Shown here piece after piece: positions 10,357 through 20,922 of a DNA stretch of 64,000 nt. The notes below the pieces were generated by a model, which was not told where the DNA came from, did no database searches, and saw only the letters and a list, made by a program, of their open reading frames with translations. The position numbers and the translations under genes are program-made. Source of the stretch: Rhodothermales bacterium (GTDB taxonomy: Bacteria > Bacteroidota > Rhodothermia > Rhodothermales > JABDKH01); contig JABDKO010000243.1 in NCBI GenBank assembly GCA_013002165.1, forward strand, positions 6,760-70,759, given 5' to 3'. Position 1 is the first letter of the stretch, and each line of letters opens with the position of its first letter.

Positions 10357-10713
10357 TTGAAACTCGCTATCACAACACTACTTTCTGTAGGGCTGCACGT
10401 TGCCGTCGGTTGGCAGTGGAGTGTAGTGGGAGGTATTGTCGCGGGTTTCTGGGCAATTCGCCGGGGTTGGATAGCCGGCGGTGTGACTGTAGGGTTGGCC
10501 TGGTCGATTCTCCTCGCGTATAGTCTGTTTGATGCGTTCAATCCTGTGCTCAGGATGTTCGAAGTGGCCGGGCAACTGGTTGGCGGCTTGCCGGCAGTTT
10601 TTACGCCTGTAGCAATCGTCTTGTGCGGCTTTCTGCTCGGGTTGTTGGCCGGTTTCCTGGGTGAGGCATTGGCAGGACTGCGTGAGGAACCTGTAGTCGT
10701 CGAAATCGATTAA
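10357..10713 (+). CDS. Small integral membrane protein (hypothetical)
   Basis: TTG start 4 nt after the aminopeptidase stop. Three to four hydrophobic helices. No recognisable family. Confidence 0.4.
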   Translation: MKLAITTLLSVGLHVAVGWQWSVVGGIVAGFWAIRRGWIAGGVTVGLAWSILLAYSLFDAFNPVLRMFEVAGQLVGGLPAVFTPVAIVLCGFLLGLLAGFLGEALAGLREEPVVVEID

Positions 10714-10740
10714 GGTTTTTCCAAAGAAACATCCTATCGA

Positions 10741-11836
10741 ATGACCGACATTTCTGAACTGTTAGAGCGTGTTACTGCGCTCGGGAGGTATCTTTGACGT
10801 TGAAAAACGCAAAGAGCACGTCGCCTCGTTACAAGCACTGCGCCTCGATCCTGATTTCTGGAACGATGCGAACAAAGCTCAGGGTATAGAGCAGGAGCTG
10901 GCCGCGGAGCAAAACTGGATTGGTGAATTTGAATCGGTCCATAGCATCGCGGAGGATATCGAAACTCTGCAGTTGCTGGCCGACGAAGAGGGTGCCGACC
11001 TGTCGAAAGAGCTGGACGCTGAAGTCAAAAAGCTCGAGCGGTCTCTAGATTCATTAGAGCTCAAGAGTACGCTAAGTGGTCCTGATGACGGCCGCACCGC
11101 TATTATCACCATTCACCCGGGTGCAGGCGGTACGGAAAGCCAGGACTGGGCAGAAATGCTGCTGCGGATGTATACGCGATGGGGCGAGAGAAACGGTTAC
11201 AAAGTGCACCTCCTTGAATATCAGGATGGTGACGTCGCCGGAATCAAAAGTGCCACACTGCAGATCAGCGGTAACCTGGCATTCGGTTATCTCAAAGGAG
11301 AAACGGGAGTTCACCGCCTCGTTCGCATTTCGCCCTTCGACTCAAGTGGCCGGCGACACACATCTTTTGCCAGCGTATTCGTCTATCCGGAAGTTGATGA
11401 CACAATTCAGGTGGACATCAACCCGGATCAACTGGAAATGCAGACATTCAGATCCGGCGGAGCGGGAGGACAGAACGTCAACAAGGTTGAAACCGGAGTC
11501 CGCTATATTTGGACCGGAGAGTTGTCTGACGGTACTGAAGCTCGTGTGGTCGCAGAGTGTACCGAGGAGAGAAGCCAGCTGCAGAACCGTGAGCGTGCAA
11601 TGACTATGCTGAAGAGTCGCATTTACCGGCTCGAGCAAGACATCAAGGACGCGGTCAAGAATGAATTGGAAGGGACCAAAAAGAAAATCGAGTGGGGCAG
11701 TCAGATCAGATCGTATGTGTTCCAGCCATATACCATGGTCAACGATCATCGTACCGAAACGAAGATCACTGACGTGAACTCGGTTATGGATGGAGATATT
11801 GACGTTTTTATCAAAGCCTCATTAATGTCAGTGTAG
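10741..11836 (+). CDS. prfB: Peptide chain release factor 2, needs a programmed +1 frameshift: join(10741..10794,10796..11836)
   Basis: Frame 0 reads [18 protein letters not shown] then TGA. The +1 frame continues DVEKRKEHV... and carries the SPF (ISPFDS) and GGQ ([14 protein letters not shown]) motifs. Confidence 0.95.
10783..10798 (+). promoter_or_regulatory. RF2 autoregulatory +1 frameshift site (SD-like GGGAGG, spacer TAT, slippery CTT TGA C)
   Basis: The sequence GGGAGGTATCTTTGAC is almost identical to the E. coli prfB recoding site AGGGGGTATCTTTGAC. Confidence 0.9.
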
Positions 11837-11843
11837 GTTTGCC

Positions 11844-13430
11844 ATGGTTGAAAAATTCGATTTCCTTGTACTGGGTAGTGGTGTAGCGGGGCTATCGTAC
11901 GCACTTGAAGTTGCCGAGCACGGCAGTGTAGCCATAGTCACGAAAAAGGAATCCGTCGAGTCGAACACGAATTACGCCCAGGGTGGCATTGCGGCCGTGA
12001 TGGCTCCTGGTGACAGTTACGAAAAACACATCGAGGATACCCTGATTGCCGGTGGGGGACTATGCGACCGAGAAGTAGTTGAAATCGTAGTAACGGAGGG
12101 ACCAGAGCGGATTCGTGATCTGATGGAAATCGGTGCCTCGTTTACCGCTCATGATGGCGAACTTCACCTCGGTAAAGAGGGTGGCCATTCTGAAAATAGA
12201 ATCGTCCACGCTGCCGACACTACCGGCCGGGAGGTCGAACGAGCCCTTCTCGATGCAGTAAGGAATCACCCGAACATACATGTATTCGAGTACCACTTTG
12301 CTGTCGAGCTGTTGACAGAACACCATCTGGGTCAGCATGTGTCCAGACTTCGGTCGGATATACACTGCTACGGCGCATATGTCCTGGATGAACAGGCAGG
12401 AGTCGTGAAAACGTTTCTTTCCAAAGTGACGTTGTTGGCGACTGGTGGATCGGGCCGGGCCTACCTCCACACTACTAATCCGGACATTGCGACAGGCGAT
12501 GGTGTTGCCATGGCGTATCGGGCCAAGGCACGTATCGAGAACATGGAATTTGTCCAGTTCCACCCGACGTCGCTCTTTCATCCGGATGGTGACTCGTTCC
12601 TGATCACTGAAGCGGTCAGGGGTGAGGGAGGCATTCTGACAAATCAGGCGGGACACCGGTTTATGCCGGACTACGATTCGTGGATGGAACTCGCTCCTCG
12701 AGATATCGTCGCCAGAGCGATTGATGACCAGCTCAAGACGAGTGGCGAAGAATATGTTTTCCTCGATATTTCGCACGCTCCGCGACACGAGATCTTGGAG
12801 CATTTCCCCAACATTTACGAGACGTGCCTTCGGTTTGGTATCGATATACTGCGGGACCCGATCCCGGTCGTCCCGGCAGCCCATTACCAGTGTGGCGGAG
12901 TTAAGACAGATAGCTTCGGAAGAACATCAATTAGCGGACTGTTTGCCTGTGGTGAGGTCGCGTGTACGGGCCTTCATGGAGCGAATCGACTTGCAAGTAA
13001 CTCGATTCTGGAAGCGCTTGTCTTTTCACACCGGGCAATTTTACCGAGTATCGACTATGCGCAACGTCAGGACTGGGTCCATGGCTTGCCAGATTGGGAC
13101 GAATCCGGTACGGAAGATCCGCGAGAATGGGTGCTGATATCACACAACAGGAACGAGCTGCAGCGTGTAATGTGGGATTACGTTGGAATAGTCCGTTCAT
13201 CCCTTCGCCTCAAAAGGGCCTTGCGTCGCACCCGGCTGATTTATGACGAGACCGAAGACTATTATCGTCGATCGACCGTTTCGACAGGATTGTGTGAACT
13301 TCGAAATATGATCGCTGTAGCCTATCTGATAATCCAAAGCGCATTAATACGCAGGGAGAGCCGGGGATTGCACTACAGCATTGACTTTCCCGAGAGCAGT
13401 CCATCTGAGCTCCGGTCTACGGTTGTCTAG
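11844..13430 (+). CDS. nadB: L-aspartate oxidase
   Basis: FAD motif [13 protein letters not shown] and a succinate dehydrogenase/fumarate reductase-type flavoprotein core. 528 aa. Confidence 0.9.
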   Translation: MVEKFDFLVLGSGVAGLSYALEVAEHGSVAIVTKKESVESNTNYAQGGIAAVMAPGDSYEKHIEDTLIAGGGLCDREVVEIVVTEGPERIRDLMEIGASFTAHDGELHLGKEGGHSENRIVHAADTTGREVERALLDAVRNHPNIHVFEYHFAVELLTEHHLGQHVSRLRSDIHCYGAYVLDEQAGVVKTFLSKVTLLATGGSGRAYLHTTNPDIATGDGVAMAYRAKARIENMEFVQFHPTSLFHPDGDSFLITEAVRGEGGILTNQAGHRFMPDYDSWMELAPRDIVARAIDDQLKTSGEEYVFLDISHAPRHEILEHFPNIYETCLRFGIDILRDPIPVVPAAHYQCGGVKTDSFGRTSISGLFACGEVACTGLHGANRLASNSILEALVFSHRAILPSIDYAQRQDWVHGLPDWDESGTEDPREWVLISHNRNELQRVMWDYVGIVRSSLRLKRALRRTRLIYDETEDYYRRSTVSTGLCELRNMIAVAYLIIQSALIRRESRGLHYSIDFPESSPSELRSTVV

Positions 13431-13529
13431 GCAGGGCTGGAAAGGAAACAAAGCTTCTTCTGGGATAGTATTAAGGCATCCAGCGTATTTTGTGATATAC
13501 GACTATTCGCCGTATATTTCTTAGCGTGG

Positions 13530-13556
13530 AAGGGGGGCTGTGGCCACCCTTTTTTG
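13530..13556 (+). terminator. Intrinsic terminator-like hairpin after nadB
   Basis: AAGGGGGGC-TGTG-GCCACCCTT, a 9-bp stem with one mismatch, running into TTTTTTG. Confidence 0.5.
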
Positions 13557-13573
13557 TTGGTGTTGCTTTCGTG

Positions 13574-13606
13574 ACGCCCGTCCTTTCATGGTACGGGCGT
13601 TTTTTG
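13574..13606 (+). terminator. Second intrinsic terminator or attenuator upstream of rimP
   Basis: Perfect 8-bp stem ACGCCCGT / ACGGGCGT with an 11-nt loop, followed by TTTTTTG. It lies 16 nt before the rimP start. Confidence 0.7.
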
Positions 13607-13621
13607 CAGTAGAGCTCTTTT

Positions 13622-14101
13622 TTGATAGCTGAAACAGACATACAAAACACTGGAGTTGAAGGCCGACTCAGAAGCATTGTTGATGAGTTGATCGCAACGG
13701 GCGATCTGTTCATCGTTGACATTGTACTGAGGGGTCACCCCGGTTCGCACTCGATCGACGTCTTTGCAGATAGCGAGTCAGGTGCATCGGTGGATCAACT
13801 CGCCAGGTTGAGCCGGGCCGTCAATAATGACGCCCGTATGGAGGAACTATTGCCAGGTGGTTTTCACCTGACGGTCTCTACTCCTGGACTTGATAGAGCT
13901 GTTTCCGACAGGCGACAGTTCGTGCGTCATGTCGGACGAAAGTTCAAAGTTCAGTGGAAGGATGCAGATAAATCCGTAACCACGAAAGGTATTTTGCAGT
14001 CGGTAGATCCAGATCATATATCGCTGGAGTCGGGGAGCCATGAAGTGGTTCAGATTCCGTTCGATAAGATTGTTAAGGCAAAGATTGATCTGCCGTGGTG
14101 A
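13622..14101 (+). CDS. rimP: Ribosome maturation factor RimP
   Basis: Position immediately upstream of nusA, size of about 159 aa and RimP-like N- and C-domains. TTG start, so the exact start is uncertain. Confidence 0.8.
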   Translation: MIAETDIQNTGVEGRLRSIVDELIATGDLFIVDIVLRGHPGSHSIDVFADSESGASVDQLARLSRAVNNDARMEELLPGGFHLTVSTPGLDRAVSDRRQFVRHVGRKFKVQWKDADKSVTTKGILQSVDPDHISLESGSHEVVQIPFDKIVKAKIDLPW

Positions 14102-14143
14102 TTTGATTCCGGAGAATTTGCTCCAAATAACTAGACAAGATTT

Positions 14144-15667
14144 ATGCATAGCTCGGATTTAGTTTCTTCGTTTGCGGAAATAGCCCGCGAGAAAGGGATT
14201 GAACGCGATCTGCTCCAGCTGATCGTGGAAGATGTCTTTCGGGCTATGATCAGAAAGCGGTACGGTGCGGATGAAGCATTTGAAATCATCTTCAATCCGG
14301 ACCACGGCGACATCCAGATTTTGCACATCCGTGAAGTTGTGCCAAACATGGATCTCGAGGATCCCGTGACTCAGATTGAGGCCAAAGATGCCGTTCTTAT
14401 CGATGAGGATTTCGGAGTAGGGGACGAGGTTGCCTCAGAAGTCAACGTGACCAACTTTGGTCGTCGCGCAGTCATGACGGCTCGTCAGACCTTCAGCCAG
14501 CGCATTCGGGACATCGAGAAAGAAAACGTCTTCATTCGGTACTCTGACTTCATTGGTGAAGTTGTCGTCGGCGAAGTATATCAAACACGCCGGCGCGAGG
14601 TGCTCGTTATTCACGACAAGGTCGAACTTGTCCTGCCGCGGGAAGAGCAGATCTACAAGGACCGGTATCGAAAGGGAGACATGCTTCGTGCAGTCATCAA
14701 AGAAGTACGCAGGGATGCCGGCAACAATCCCCAGGTCATTATCAGCCGTGCAGCGCCGCTCTTCATGGAGAGACTCTTTGAGCTGGAAGTACCTGAAATT
14801 GACGAGGGCATTGTAGAAATCAAAAAAATAGTACGTGAGCCGGGCGACAGGGCAAAAGTCGCTGTAGTCAGTCACGATGAGCGCATTGATGCCGTCGGTG
14901 CCTGTGTCGGAATGAAGGGATCACGTATTCACGCCGTCGTTAGAGAACTGGGAAATGAAAATATAGATGTCCTTCAGTGGTCAGACGACTCACATGACCT
15001 GATCAAACGCGCGCTTGCACCGGCTAATCCTGTTTCAGTCATTACGAACGACGAGCTGGATCCCCCGCGAGCAAAAGTCGTCGTTGACTCGGAAGAAGTA
15101 AGCAAGGCTATTGGTCGCGGTGGAATTAATATCAGACTCGCTTCCGCATTGACAGGCTACGAGATCGATGTTTACCGAGAGATCTCTGACGAAGAAGAAG
15201 ACATCGAAATTGGTGAGTTTGGAGACGAACTGCCGCAGGAGATTCTGCAGAAACTACGCGACATTGGTTGCGATAGTGCAAAAGCCGTGCTGGAGCTATC
15301 CGTAGAGGAACTTGCCCGGCGAACACTTATGGATATTGAAGTCGCCTCGCGAGTTATCGCGGTCATCAAGGCGGAGTTTGACGAAGACGAGGAGGAAGAT
15401 GATCTGTTTGCAGCCACCGCTGCAGCCACAGCAGCCGCTTCAACCGATACCGTAGCTCCGGATGATGCGACCGAAACTACGACTGACGAGGAAGAAGTCG
15501 CTGATGTGGAGAGTGCAGCGCGTGCCGCCGATGCCGATGCCGATGATGAAAAAGCAGAGGATGACACGGCAACAGATACAGATGACGTAGTAGTGGACGA
15601 AGTTGCTGAGGAAGCAACTGAAGAGGAGTCAGGAGAAGAACAGGAAGAGCAGAAGGTAGAAGGCTAG
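14144..15667 (+). CDS. nusA: Transcription termination/antitermination factor NusA with a 95-aa acidic C-terminal tail
   Basis: S1 and KH domains (GACVGMKGSRIHAVVRELGNENIDV, AIGRGGINIRLAS) and one HhH-type repeat, followed by a D/E/T/A-rich tail. Confidence 0.95.
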   Translation: MHSSDLVSSFAEIAREKGIERDLLQLIVEDVFRAMIRKRYGADEAFEIIFNPDHGDIQILHIREVVPNMDLEDPVTQIEAKDAVLIDEDFGVGDEVASEVNVTNFGRRAVMTARQTFSQRIRDIEKENVFIRYSDFIGEVVVGEVYQTRRREVLVIHDKVELVLPREEQIYKDRYRKGDMLRAVIKEVRRDAGNNPQVIISRAAPLFMERLFELEVPEIDEGIVEIKKIVREPGDRAKVAVVSHDERIDAVGACVGMKGSRIHAVVRELGNENIDVLQWSDDSHDLIKRALAPANPVSVITNDELDPPRAKVVVDSEEVSKAIGRGGINIRLASALTGYEIDVYREISDEEEDIEIGEFGDELPQEILQKLRDIGCDSAKAVLELSVEELARRTLMDIEVASRVIAVIKAEFDEDEEEDDLFAATAAATAAASTDTVAPDDATETTTDEEEVADVESAARAADADADDEKAEDDTATDTDDVVVDEVAEEATEEESGEEQEEQKVEG

Positions 15668-15694
15668 AGAGCCGTCAACGCATATAAGGTACTA

Positions 15695-18460
15695 ATGGCA
15701 ACAACATCAAAGTTCAGAAAGAAACGACTCTTCAGTGTATCACGTGAGTTAAATGTCTCCGTCGATACATTAGTGGAGCATCTCGAGGAGGCAGGATTTG
15801 CTGATGCTCTGACGGGAACCGGTCTGAACGCCGCCATTACGTCAGAAGATGCTTACCTGGATCTCCTCGACGCCTACGCCGATGACAAAGCCGCGGCCGC
15901 CCGTGTACAGGAGCGACGCGCTGCTCGTATCAGCGAAGAGTCCGAAGAGGCAGAGGCCGAGGCGCCACAACCCGTTGACGAGCCTGTGGCGATTGAGCCA
16001 GAGCCGGAACCGGAGCCGGCCAAGGAAGAAGTAGTCGAGGAAGTTCCGCCGATCGAGGAAGTGGTTGAGGAACCGGAGCCGGAGATCGAGCCTGAGGTTG
16101 TCGAGGAACCGGCTGCGGTCGAGCCTGAACCGGAAGTTGCTGAGGTAGTCGAGGCAGACGAAACTCCGGAGACAACTCCCGATGAGGTCGTCGCGGCTAA
16201 ACCAGCAGATGACGCCGTTGTCGAAAAGGAAAAAGAAGCAGAAGTCACAGATGTAAAGGCTGATGTGCCACCTGCTGCTCAAGCTGACGCCGGTACAGAG
16301 GTCGATGATGAAGTCGATGCCGATGATCCCGAGTCGATGATCAGTGCGGATCGATATCGCCTCGAGGGCACCAAGATACTCGGAAAGATTGATCTCAAAG
16401 ACGTAAAAGAAACGGGCGAAGCCGGTAAGCGGAAACGCAAGCGGAAACGCAAGAAAACTACGCCTGCAAAAGATCCAGTCAAGGTAGGAAGAGACGGGTC
16501 GACCGACGCATCCAAAACCAAGAAGAAGAAATCCCGTCGTAAAGGACCGGCCGTTGATCAGGCAGAGGTCGAACAGACCCTGCAAGATACGTTAAGGGAG
16601 TTGGAGCAGGGTGCGAGTCGAGCGCGTCAGAAACGACGACGGCAGCGTCGCGAGCAGCACGCAGCTGATCGGCAGAAAGAGATGGATCACGCCGCTGAAA
16701 TGGAGCAGATACTTCGTGTGACGGAGTATGTGTCTACCGGCGAGCTTGCAAACCTCATGGATGTGGCGGTGAACGAGATCATCAGTGTTCTTTTCGAAGC
16801 CGGCATGATGGTGTCCATCAACCAGCGGCTGGACGCAGACACAATTACGTTCGTAGCCGAGGACTTTGGCTGGGATGTCGATTTCATTACAGAGTTCGGC
16901 ACCGATGACATTGAAATTGCTGAGGATGATCCGGAAAATCTTGTCCCGCGTGCTCCCGTAGTAACGGTCATGGGACACGTCGATCATGGGAAGACATCGC
17001 TGCTCGACTATATCCGATCGGAAAACGTGGTCGCAGGTGAGGCTGGTGGAATTACACAGCACATCGGTGCCTACCATGTTGAGTTGAAGAACGGACGAGC
17101 AATTACATTTCTTGACACGCCGGGTCACGAGGCGTTTACCGCCATGCGTGCCCGAGGAGCAAAAGTTACCGACGTTGTTATTCTCGTGGTCGCAGCTGAT
17201 GACTCGGTCAAGCCGCAGACTATTGAGGCCATCAACCATGCGAAAGCTGCAGAGGTGTCCCTCGTAGTAGCTATCAACAAGATTGACAAGGCTGATGCTA
17301 ATACTCAACGAGTCATGCAGGCGCTGTCCGAGCATAATGTTCTCGTCGAGCAGTACGGCGGAAAGGTTCAGTGTGCTTTCGTCTCTGCTCACACGGGCGA
17401 AGGAGTGGATGATCTCATGGAGAAAGTCGGTCTGGAGTCTGAACTGCTTGAATTGAAAGCAAACCCTGATCGTAACGCGGTTGGTACGGTTATCGAAAGT
17501 CGTCTGGATAAAGGTCGCGGCGTTGTTTCGACCGTCCTGGTTCAGAACGGATCGCTCCGCGTGGGAGATAAATTCGTCGCTGGTGTCTACAGTGGTAGCG
17601 TCCGTGCGATGTTCGATGAGCGCGAGCGCCGCATAGACGAGGTCGGCCCATCGAAACCTGCTCTGGTTCTCGGTTTTGACGGTTCTCCGGAAGTCGGCGA
17701 CCAGTTTATCGGAATGGATGATGAGCGGGAAGCTCGAGACATAGCGCAGAAACGACAGCAAATATTCCGCGAGCAGGCTATGCGTCAGCGGAAACACATT
17801 ACTCTCGACGAAATCGGTCGTCGACTGGCGCTTGGAGATTTCCGCGAGTTGAACCTGATCGTCAAGGCAGATGTAGGCGGCTCCGTCGAAGCGTTGTCCG
17901 ACTCGCTGCTCAAGTTGTCAACCGAGGAAGTTGCAGTAAATATTATTCATACCGGTGTTGGTGCCATTACAGAAAGCGACGTAATGCTTGCGTCGGCATC
18001 TGATGCGGTAATAATTGGCTTCCAGGTCCGTCCGATGCCAACGGCCCGGGCGATTGCCGAGCGCGAGGAGATCGACGTCAGAACGTACTCGATTATCTAC
18101 GACGCTATCTCGGATGTTCGGGATGCACTGGAAGGTCTGTTGTCGCCTGAGAAGAGCGAGAAGACACTCGGCACAGCCGAAGTACGTGAAACCTTCAAGG
18201 TTCCGAAAATCGGTACAGTTGCCGGTTGTTACGTTATCGACGGCACGATCAAACGAAACGATAAAATCAGGTTGATCCGTGACGGTGTCGTGATCTACGA
18301 AAGTAGCCTCTCCTCACTGAGACGATTCAAGGATGACGTACGTGAGGTCCAGAGTGGATACGAGTGTGGGATGGGACTCGAGAACTACGACGACATCAAG
18401 GTCGGCGACCAGTTCGAGGCATACGAGATTGTCGAAACGAAGCGTACTCTCGAGGTTTAG
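15695..18460 (+). CDS. infB: Translation initiation factor IF-2
   Basis: G domain motifs [20 protein letters not shown] and NKID. IF2_N-like N-terminus and a long low-complexity linker. Confidence 0.97.
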   Translation: MATTSKFRKKRLFSVSRELNVSVDTLVEHLEEAGFADALTGTGLNAAITSEDAYLDLLDAYADDKAAAARVQERRAARISEESEEAEAEAPQPVDEPVAIEPEPEPEPAKEEVVEEVPPIEEVVEEPEPEIEPEVVEEPAAVEPEPEVAEVVEADETPETTPDEVVAAKPADDAVVEKEKEAEVTDVKADVPPAAQADAGTEVDDEVDADDPESMISADRYRLEGTKILGKIDLKDVKETGEAGKRKRKRKRKKTTPAKDPVKVGRDGSTDASKTKKKKSRRKGPAVDQAEVEQTLQDTLRELEQGASRARQKRRRQRREQHAADRQKEMDHAAEMEQILRVTEYVSTGELANLMDVAVNEIISVLFEAGMMVSINQRLDADTITFVAEDFGWDVDFITEFGTDDIEIAEDDPENLVPRAPVVTVMGHVDHGKTSLLDYIRSENVVAGEAGGITQHIGAYHVELKNGRAITFLDTPGHEAFTAMRARGAKVTDVVILVVAADDSVKPQTIEAINHAKAAEVSLVVAINKIDKADANTQRVMQALSEHNVLVEQYGGKVQCAFVSAHTGEGVDDLMEKVGLESELLELKANPDRNAVGTVIESRLDKGRGVVSTVLVQNGSLRVGDKFVAGVYSGSVRAMFDERERRIDEVGPSKPALVLGFDGSPEVGDQFIGMDDEREARDIAQKRQQIFREQAMRQRKHITLDEIGRRLALGDFRELNLIVKADVGGSVEALSDSLLKLSTEEVAVNIIHTGVGAITESDVMLASASDAVIIGFQVRPMPTARAIAEREEIDVRTYSIIYDAISDVRDALEGLLSPEKSEKTLGTAEVRETFKVPKIGTVAGCYVIDGTIKRNDKIRLIRDGVVIYESSLSSLRRFKDDVREVQSGYECGMGLENYDDIKVGDQFEAYEIVETKRTLEV

Positions 18461-18469
18461 GGGAGAAAG

Positions 18470-18856
18470 ATGAGCATTCGAACGGAGCGTGTCGGCCGCC
18501 TTATTCAGAAAGAGGTGGCCGGGGCCATCGGAAACAACTTTGCTAACCAGATTCCCGGCTTTGTGACCGTAACCGGCTGCCGTGTGACCAGGGACTTGTC
18601 GATAGCATATGTGTATGTAAGTATCATGCCGACGGGTAACAGCTCGCCGGATGCCGCCTTCCAGCAGATTCTTGACCTGTCCTCACAAATCCGGAAGGTT
18701 GTCGGATCAGCTATTCGACATCAGCTGAAAAAAGTGCCGGAGCTCAAGTTCTTCAAGGACGACTCACTTAATGAAGCAGCCAAGCTGGAAGCTATATTCG
18801 AGACGATTCGTGATGATTCTCAAAACGACGACGAAGTCGGTCCAGAAGATAGCTAG
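18470..18856 (+). CDS. rbfA: Ribosome-binding factor A
   Basis: RTERVGRLIQKEVA N-terminus, size, and position after infB. Confidence 0.9.
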   Translation: MSIRTERVGRLIQKEVAGAIGNNFANQIPGFVTVTGCRVTRDLSIAYVYVSIMPTGNSSPDAAFQQILDLSSQIRKVVGSAIRHQLKKVPELKFFKDDSLNEAAKLEAIFETIRDDSQNDDEVGPEDS

Positions 18857-18871
18857 TCCCGGAGTGCTTCA

Positions 18872-19567
18872 GTGAAGCTCGATTCAATTCCAATATTCGA
18901 TCTATCTCAAGACAACGCGGACAATCAGGTGCTCCTGATTGACAAACCTGTCGGTATAACCTCGTTCGATGTGATCCGGTCGCTTCGCCGGTATACCGGT
19001 ATCCGCAAGTTCGGTCACGCTGGTACCCTGGACCCGATAGCATCAGGTCTTCTGATTTGCATGTCAGGATCGGCAACAAAACTTTCGCGTCATTTCATGG
19101 ATATGCCGAAAGTCTATTCTGGCACATTGGTACTCGGTGCCGAGACGCCATCCTTTGATACCGAAACAGAGATAATACGATCGGTATCTACCGACAATAT
19201 TCTGGACGATGATGTCAGCGCAGCAACAAAGGCGTTAACGGGTACGATAATTCAGGTCACGCCCATTTATGCCGCAGTCAAGGTTGGCGGGAAACCGCTA
19301 TATTCGTATGCCCGACAGGGCAAAGACGTCAGCAGGCCACCGCGCGTTGTTACGGTGGATGAGTTCAATACAGGTCCCAGGGAAGGGGATATCGTTCCAT
19401 TTAGAATCGTCTGTTCGACCGGCACATATGTACGGACTCTGGTTCATGATCTCGGACAGTCACTTGGTGTTGGAGCACACATGGCATCATTGAGAAGAGA
19501 GGCGATCGGCAGTTACTCGGTTGAAGATGCAATTCAACTTTCTGATTTGCAGCCTGAAGGAGAGTAG
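18872..19567 (+). CDS. truB: tRNA pseudouridine(55) synthase
   Basis: GHAGTLDPIASGLL catalytic Asp motif. GTG start. Confidence 0.92.
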   Translation: MKLDSIPIFDLSQDNADNQVLLIDKPVGITSFDVIRSLRRYTGIRKFGHAGTLDPIASGLLICMSGSATKLSRHFMDMPKVYSGTLVLGAETPSFDTETEIIRSVSTDNILDDDVSAATKALTGTIIQVTPIYAAVKVGGKPLYSYARQGKDVSRPPRVVTVDEFNTGPREGDIVPFRIVCSTGTYVRTLVHDLGQSLGVGAHMASLRREAIGSYSVEDAIQLSDLQPEGE

Positions 19568-19568
19568 C

Positions 19569-20498
19569 GTGGAAATACTGCGTCAAATATCAGACGTTCA
19601 GAAAGTCTACGGTGCCGCCGTTACTGTCGGCACAATGGATGGTGTTCACATTGGTCATCAGGCTATTGTAGCGAGGTTGATTGATGTCGCAAGAGAGAGC
19701 AAAATCCCTTCCGTTGTGATTACGTTTCACCCGCACCCGCGTGAGATCGTGCAGGGCGTTCCGGTACCACTACTGACGACTGTCGAGGAAAGGGCTGAGA
19801 TACTCGCCAATGAAGGTGTCGATAATCTATTTGTCCTTAATTTCGACAAATCAATTGCTGAGATGACTCCGGAATCATTCGTCCGACAACTCCTTGTTCA
19901 AAAATTCGGTGTTAAGCACATTGTTGCCGGTTACGACCATGGGTTCGGACGGGATCGTGAGGGTGATGCCGATTTACTCAGGCGACTTGGCGAGTTGTAT
20001 GATTTTGCAGTCACAGAAGTTGACGAAATGAAGAGCGGATCCGTCTCGGTGTCATCTTCCGCAGCCCGGCGGCATCTGGAATCAGGAGATGTTCAGAGCG
20101 CTGCCGAGATGTTGGGCAGACCGTACCGGATTAGCGGGCTCGTGGTCGAAGGTGACAAACGTGGGAGAACAATCGGTTTCCCCACTGCCAACTTGAGGGT
20201 GCCTCCCGAGAAGTTACTCCCGATGAACGGAGTCTATCGCGTAGATGTCGACGTTGGAGCGGAATCGTTTGTCGGCATGCTGAATATCGGGGTTCGACCA
20301 ACCTTTGACTCGACGGTGAAGACCGTCGAGGTACACCTTCTCGATTTTACGCGAGACATCTACGGTGCGGTGCTTCAGGTAGATTTCTTGCAAAGACTAC
20401 GCCCGGAGAAGAAATTCGAGGATATCGATGCCTTGAAACGGCAACTTTCCCTCGACAGGGATCGTTGTAGGGGCGCAAGTAGGTCTGCTACGCTATAG
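19569..20498 (+). CDS. ribF: Bifunctional riboflavin kinase / FMN adenylyltransferase
   Basis: GTMDGVHIGHQ nucleotidyltransferase motif and the GFPTANL kinase motif. I prefer GTG 19569, directly after the truB stop, over the track start 19521, which overlaps truB. Confidence 0.9.
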   Translation: MEILRQISDVQKVYGAAVTVGTMDGVHIGHQAIVARLIDVARESKIPSVVITFHPHPREIVQGVPVPLLTTVEERAEILANEGVDNLFVLNFDKSIAEMTPESFVRQLLVQKFGVKHIVAGYDHGFGRDREGDADLLRRLGELYDFAVTEVDEMKSGSVSVSSSAARRHLESGDVQSAAEMLGRPYRISGLVVEGDKRGRTIGFPTANLRVPPEKLLPMNGVYRVDVDVGAESFVGMLNIGVRPTFDSTVKTVEVHLLDFTRDIYGAVLQVDFLQRLRPEKKFEDIDALKRQLSLDRDRCRGASRSATL

Positions 20499-20621
20499 AT
20501 TCAACGTATGGATAGAAGCAATTGCAGGCAACGCTAGAAGAGTTAAAACAGGAACAGTGCTGTAAAAGGCCACCGGAAATCCGGGTTCTTCTTTAGCATG
20601 GCATAATCTAAAGAGGATCAA

Positions 20622-20888
20622 ATGATCACAAAAGAAGAAAAGCAGCAATTAATTGCTGAACACGGAAAGGGCGCTAACGATACTGGAGTCGCCGAAGTCC
20701 AGGTAGCGATCTTTTCGAAGCGAATCACCGAGCTCACAGAGCATCTCAAAAAACACCCCAAAGATCACTCCACACGTCGTGGGTTGCTCAAACTGGTAGG
20801 TAAGAGACGACGACTGCTCAACTATCTCATGGACCGCGACATCATGAGATACCGGGCAATTATCGAAAAGCTTGGAATTAGGAAGTAA
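20622..20888 (+). CDS. rpsO: 30S ribosomal protein S15
   Basis: 88 aa with [29 protein letters not shown]. Confidence 0.97.
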   Translation: MITKEEKQQLIAEHGKGANDTGVAEVQVAIFSKRITELTEHLKKHPKDHSTRRGLLKLVGKRRRLLNYLMDRDIMRYRAIIEKLGIRK

Positions 20889-20901
20889 GGATTGAGTTCG
20901 G

Positions 20902-20922
20902 GCGGCACCTGCATGGTGCCGC
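20902..20922 (+). terminator. rpsO terminator / pnp leader hairpin
   Basis: GCGGCACC-TGCAT-GGTGCCGC, a perfect 8-bp stem, followed by TTGTGTTT. Confidence 0.5.

Noticed and set aside
12060-12884. 274-aa minus-strand ORF.
   Set aside because: It is antisense to nadB, has no motifs, and shows the Arg/Ser-rich composition typical of shadow frames.
15172-15567. Ser/Ala-rich 131-aa minus-strand ORF, plus similar ORFs at 15874-16248 and 15842-16585.
   Set aside because: These are mirror images of the GAN/GAA-rich acidic tails of NusA and IF2. Low-complexity antisense frames stay open by composition alone.
16592-17797. 401-aa ORF on the minus strand.
   Set aside because: It is entirely antisense to the IF2 G-domain region, which carries unmistakable GTPase motifs. 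The translation has no recognisable motif. It is a shadow ORF.
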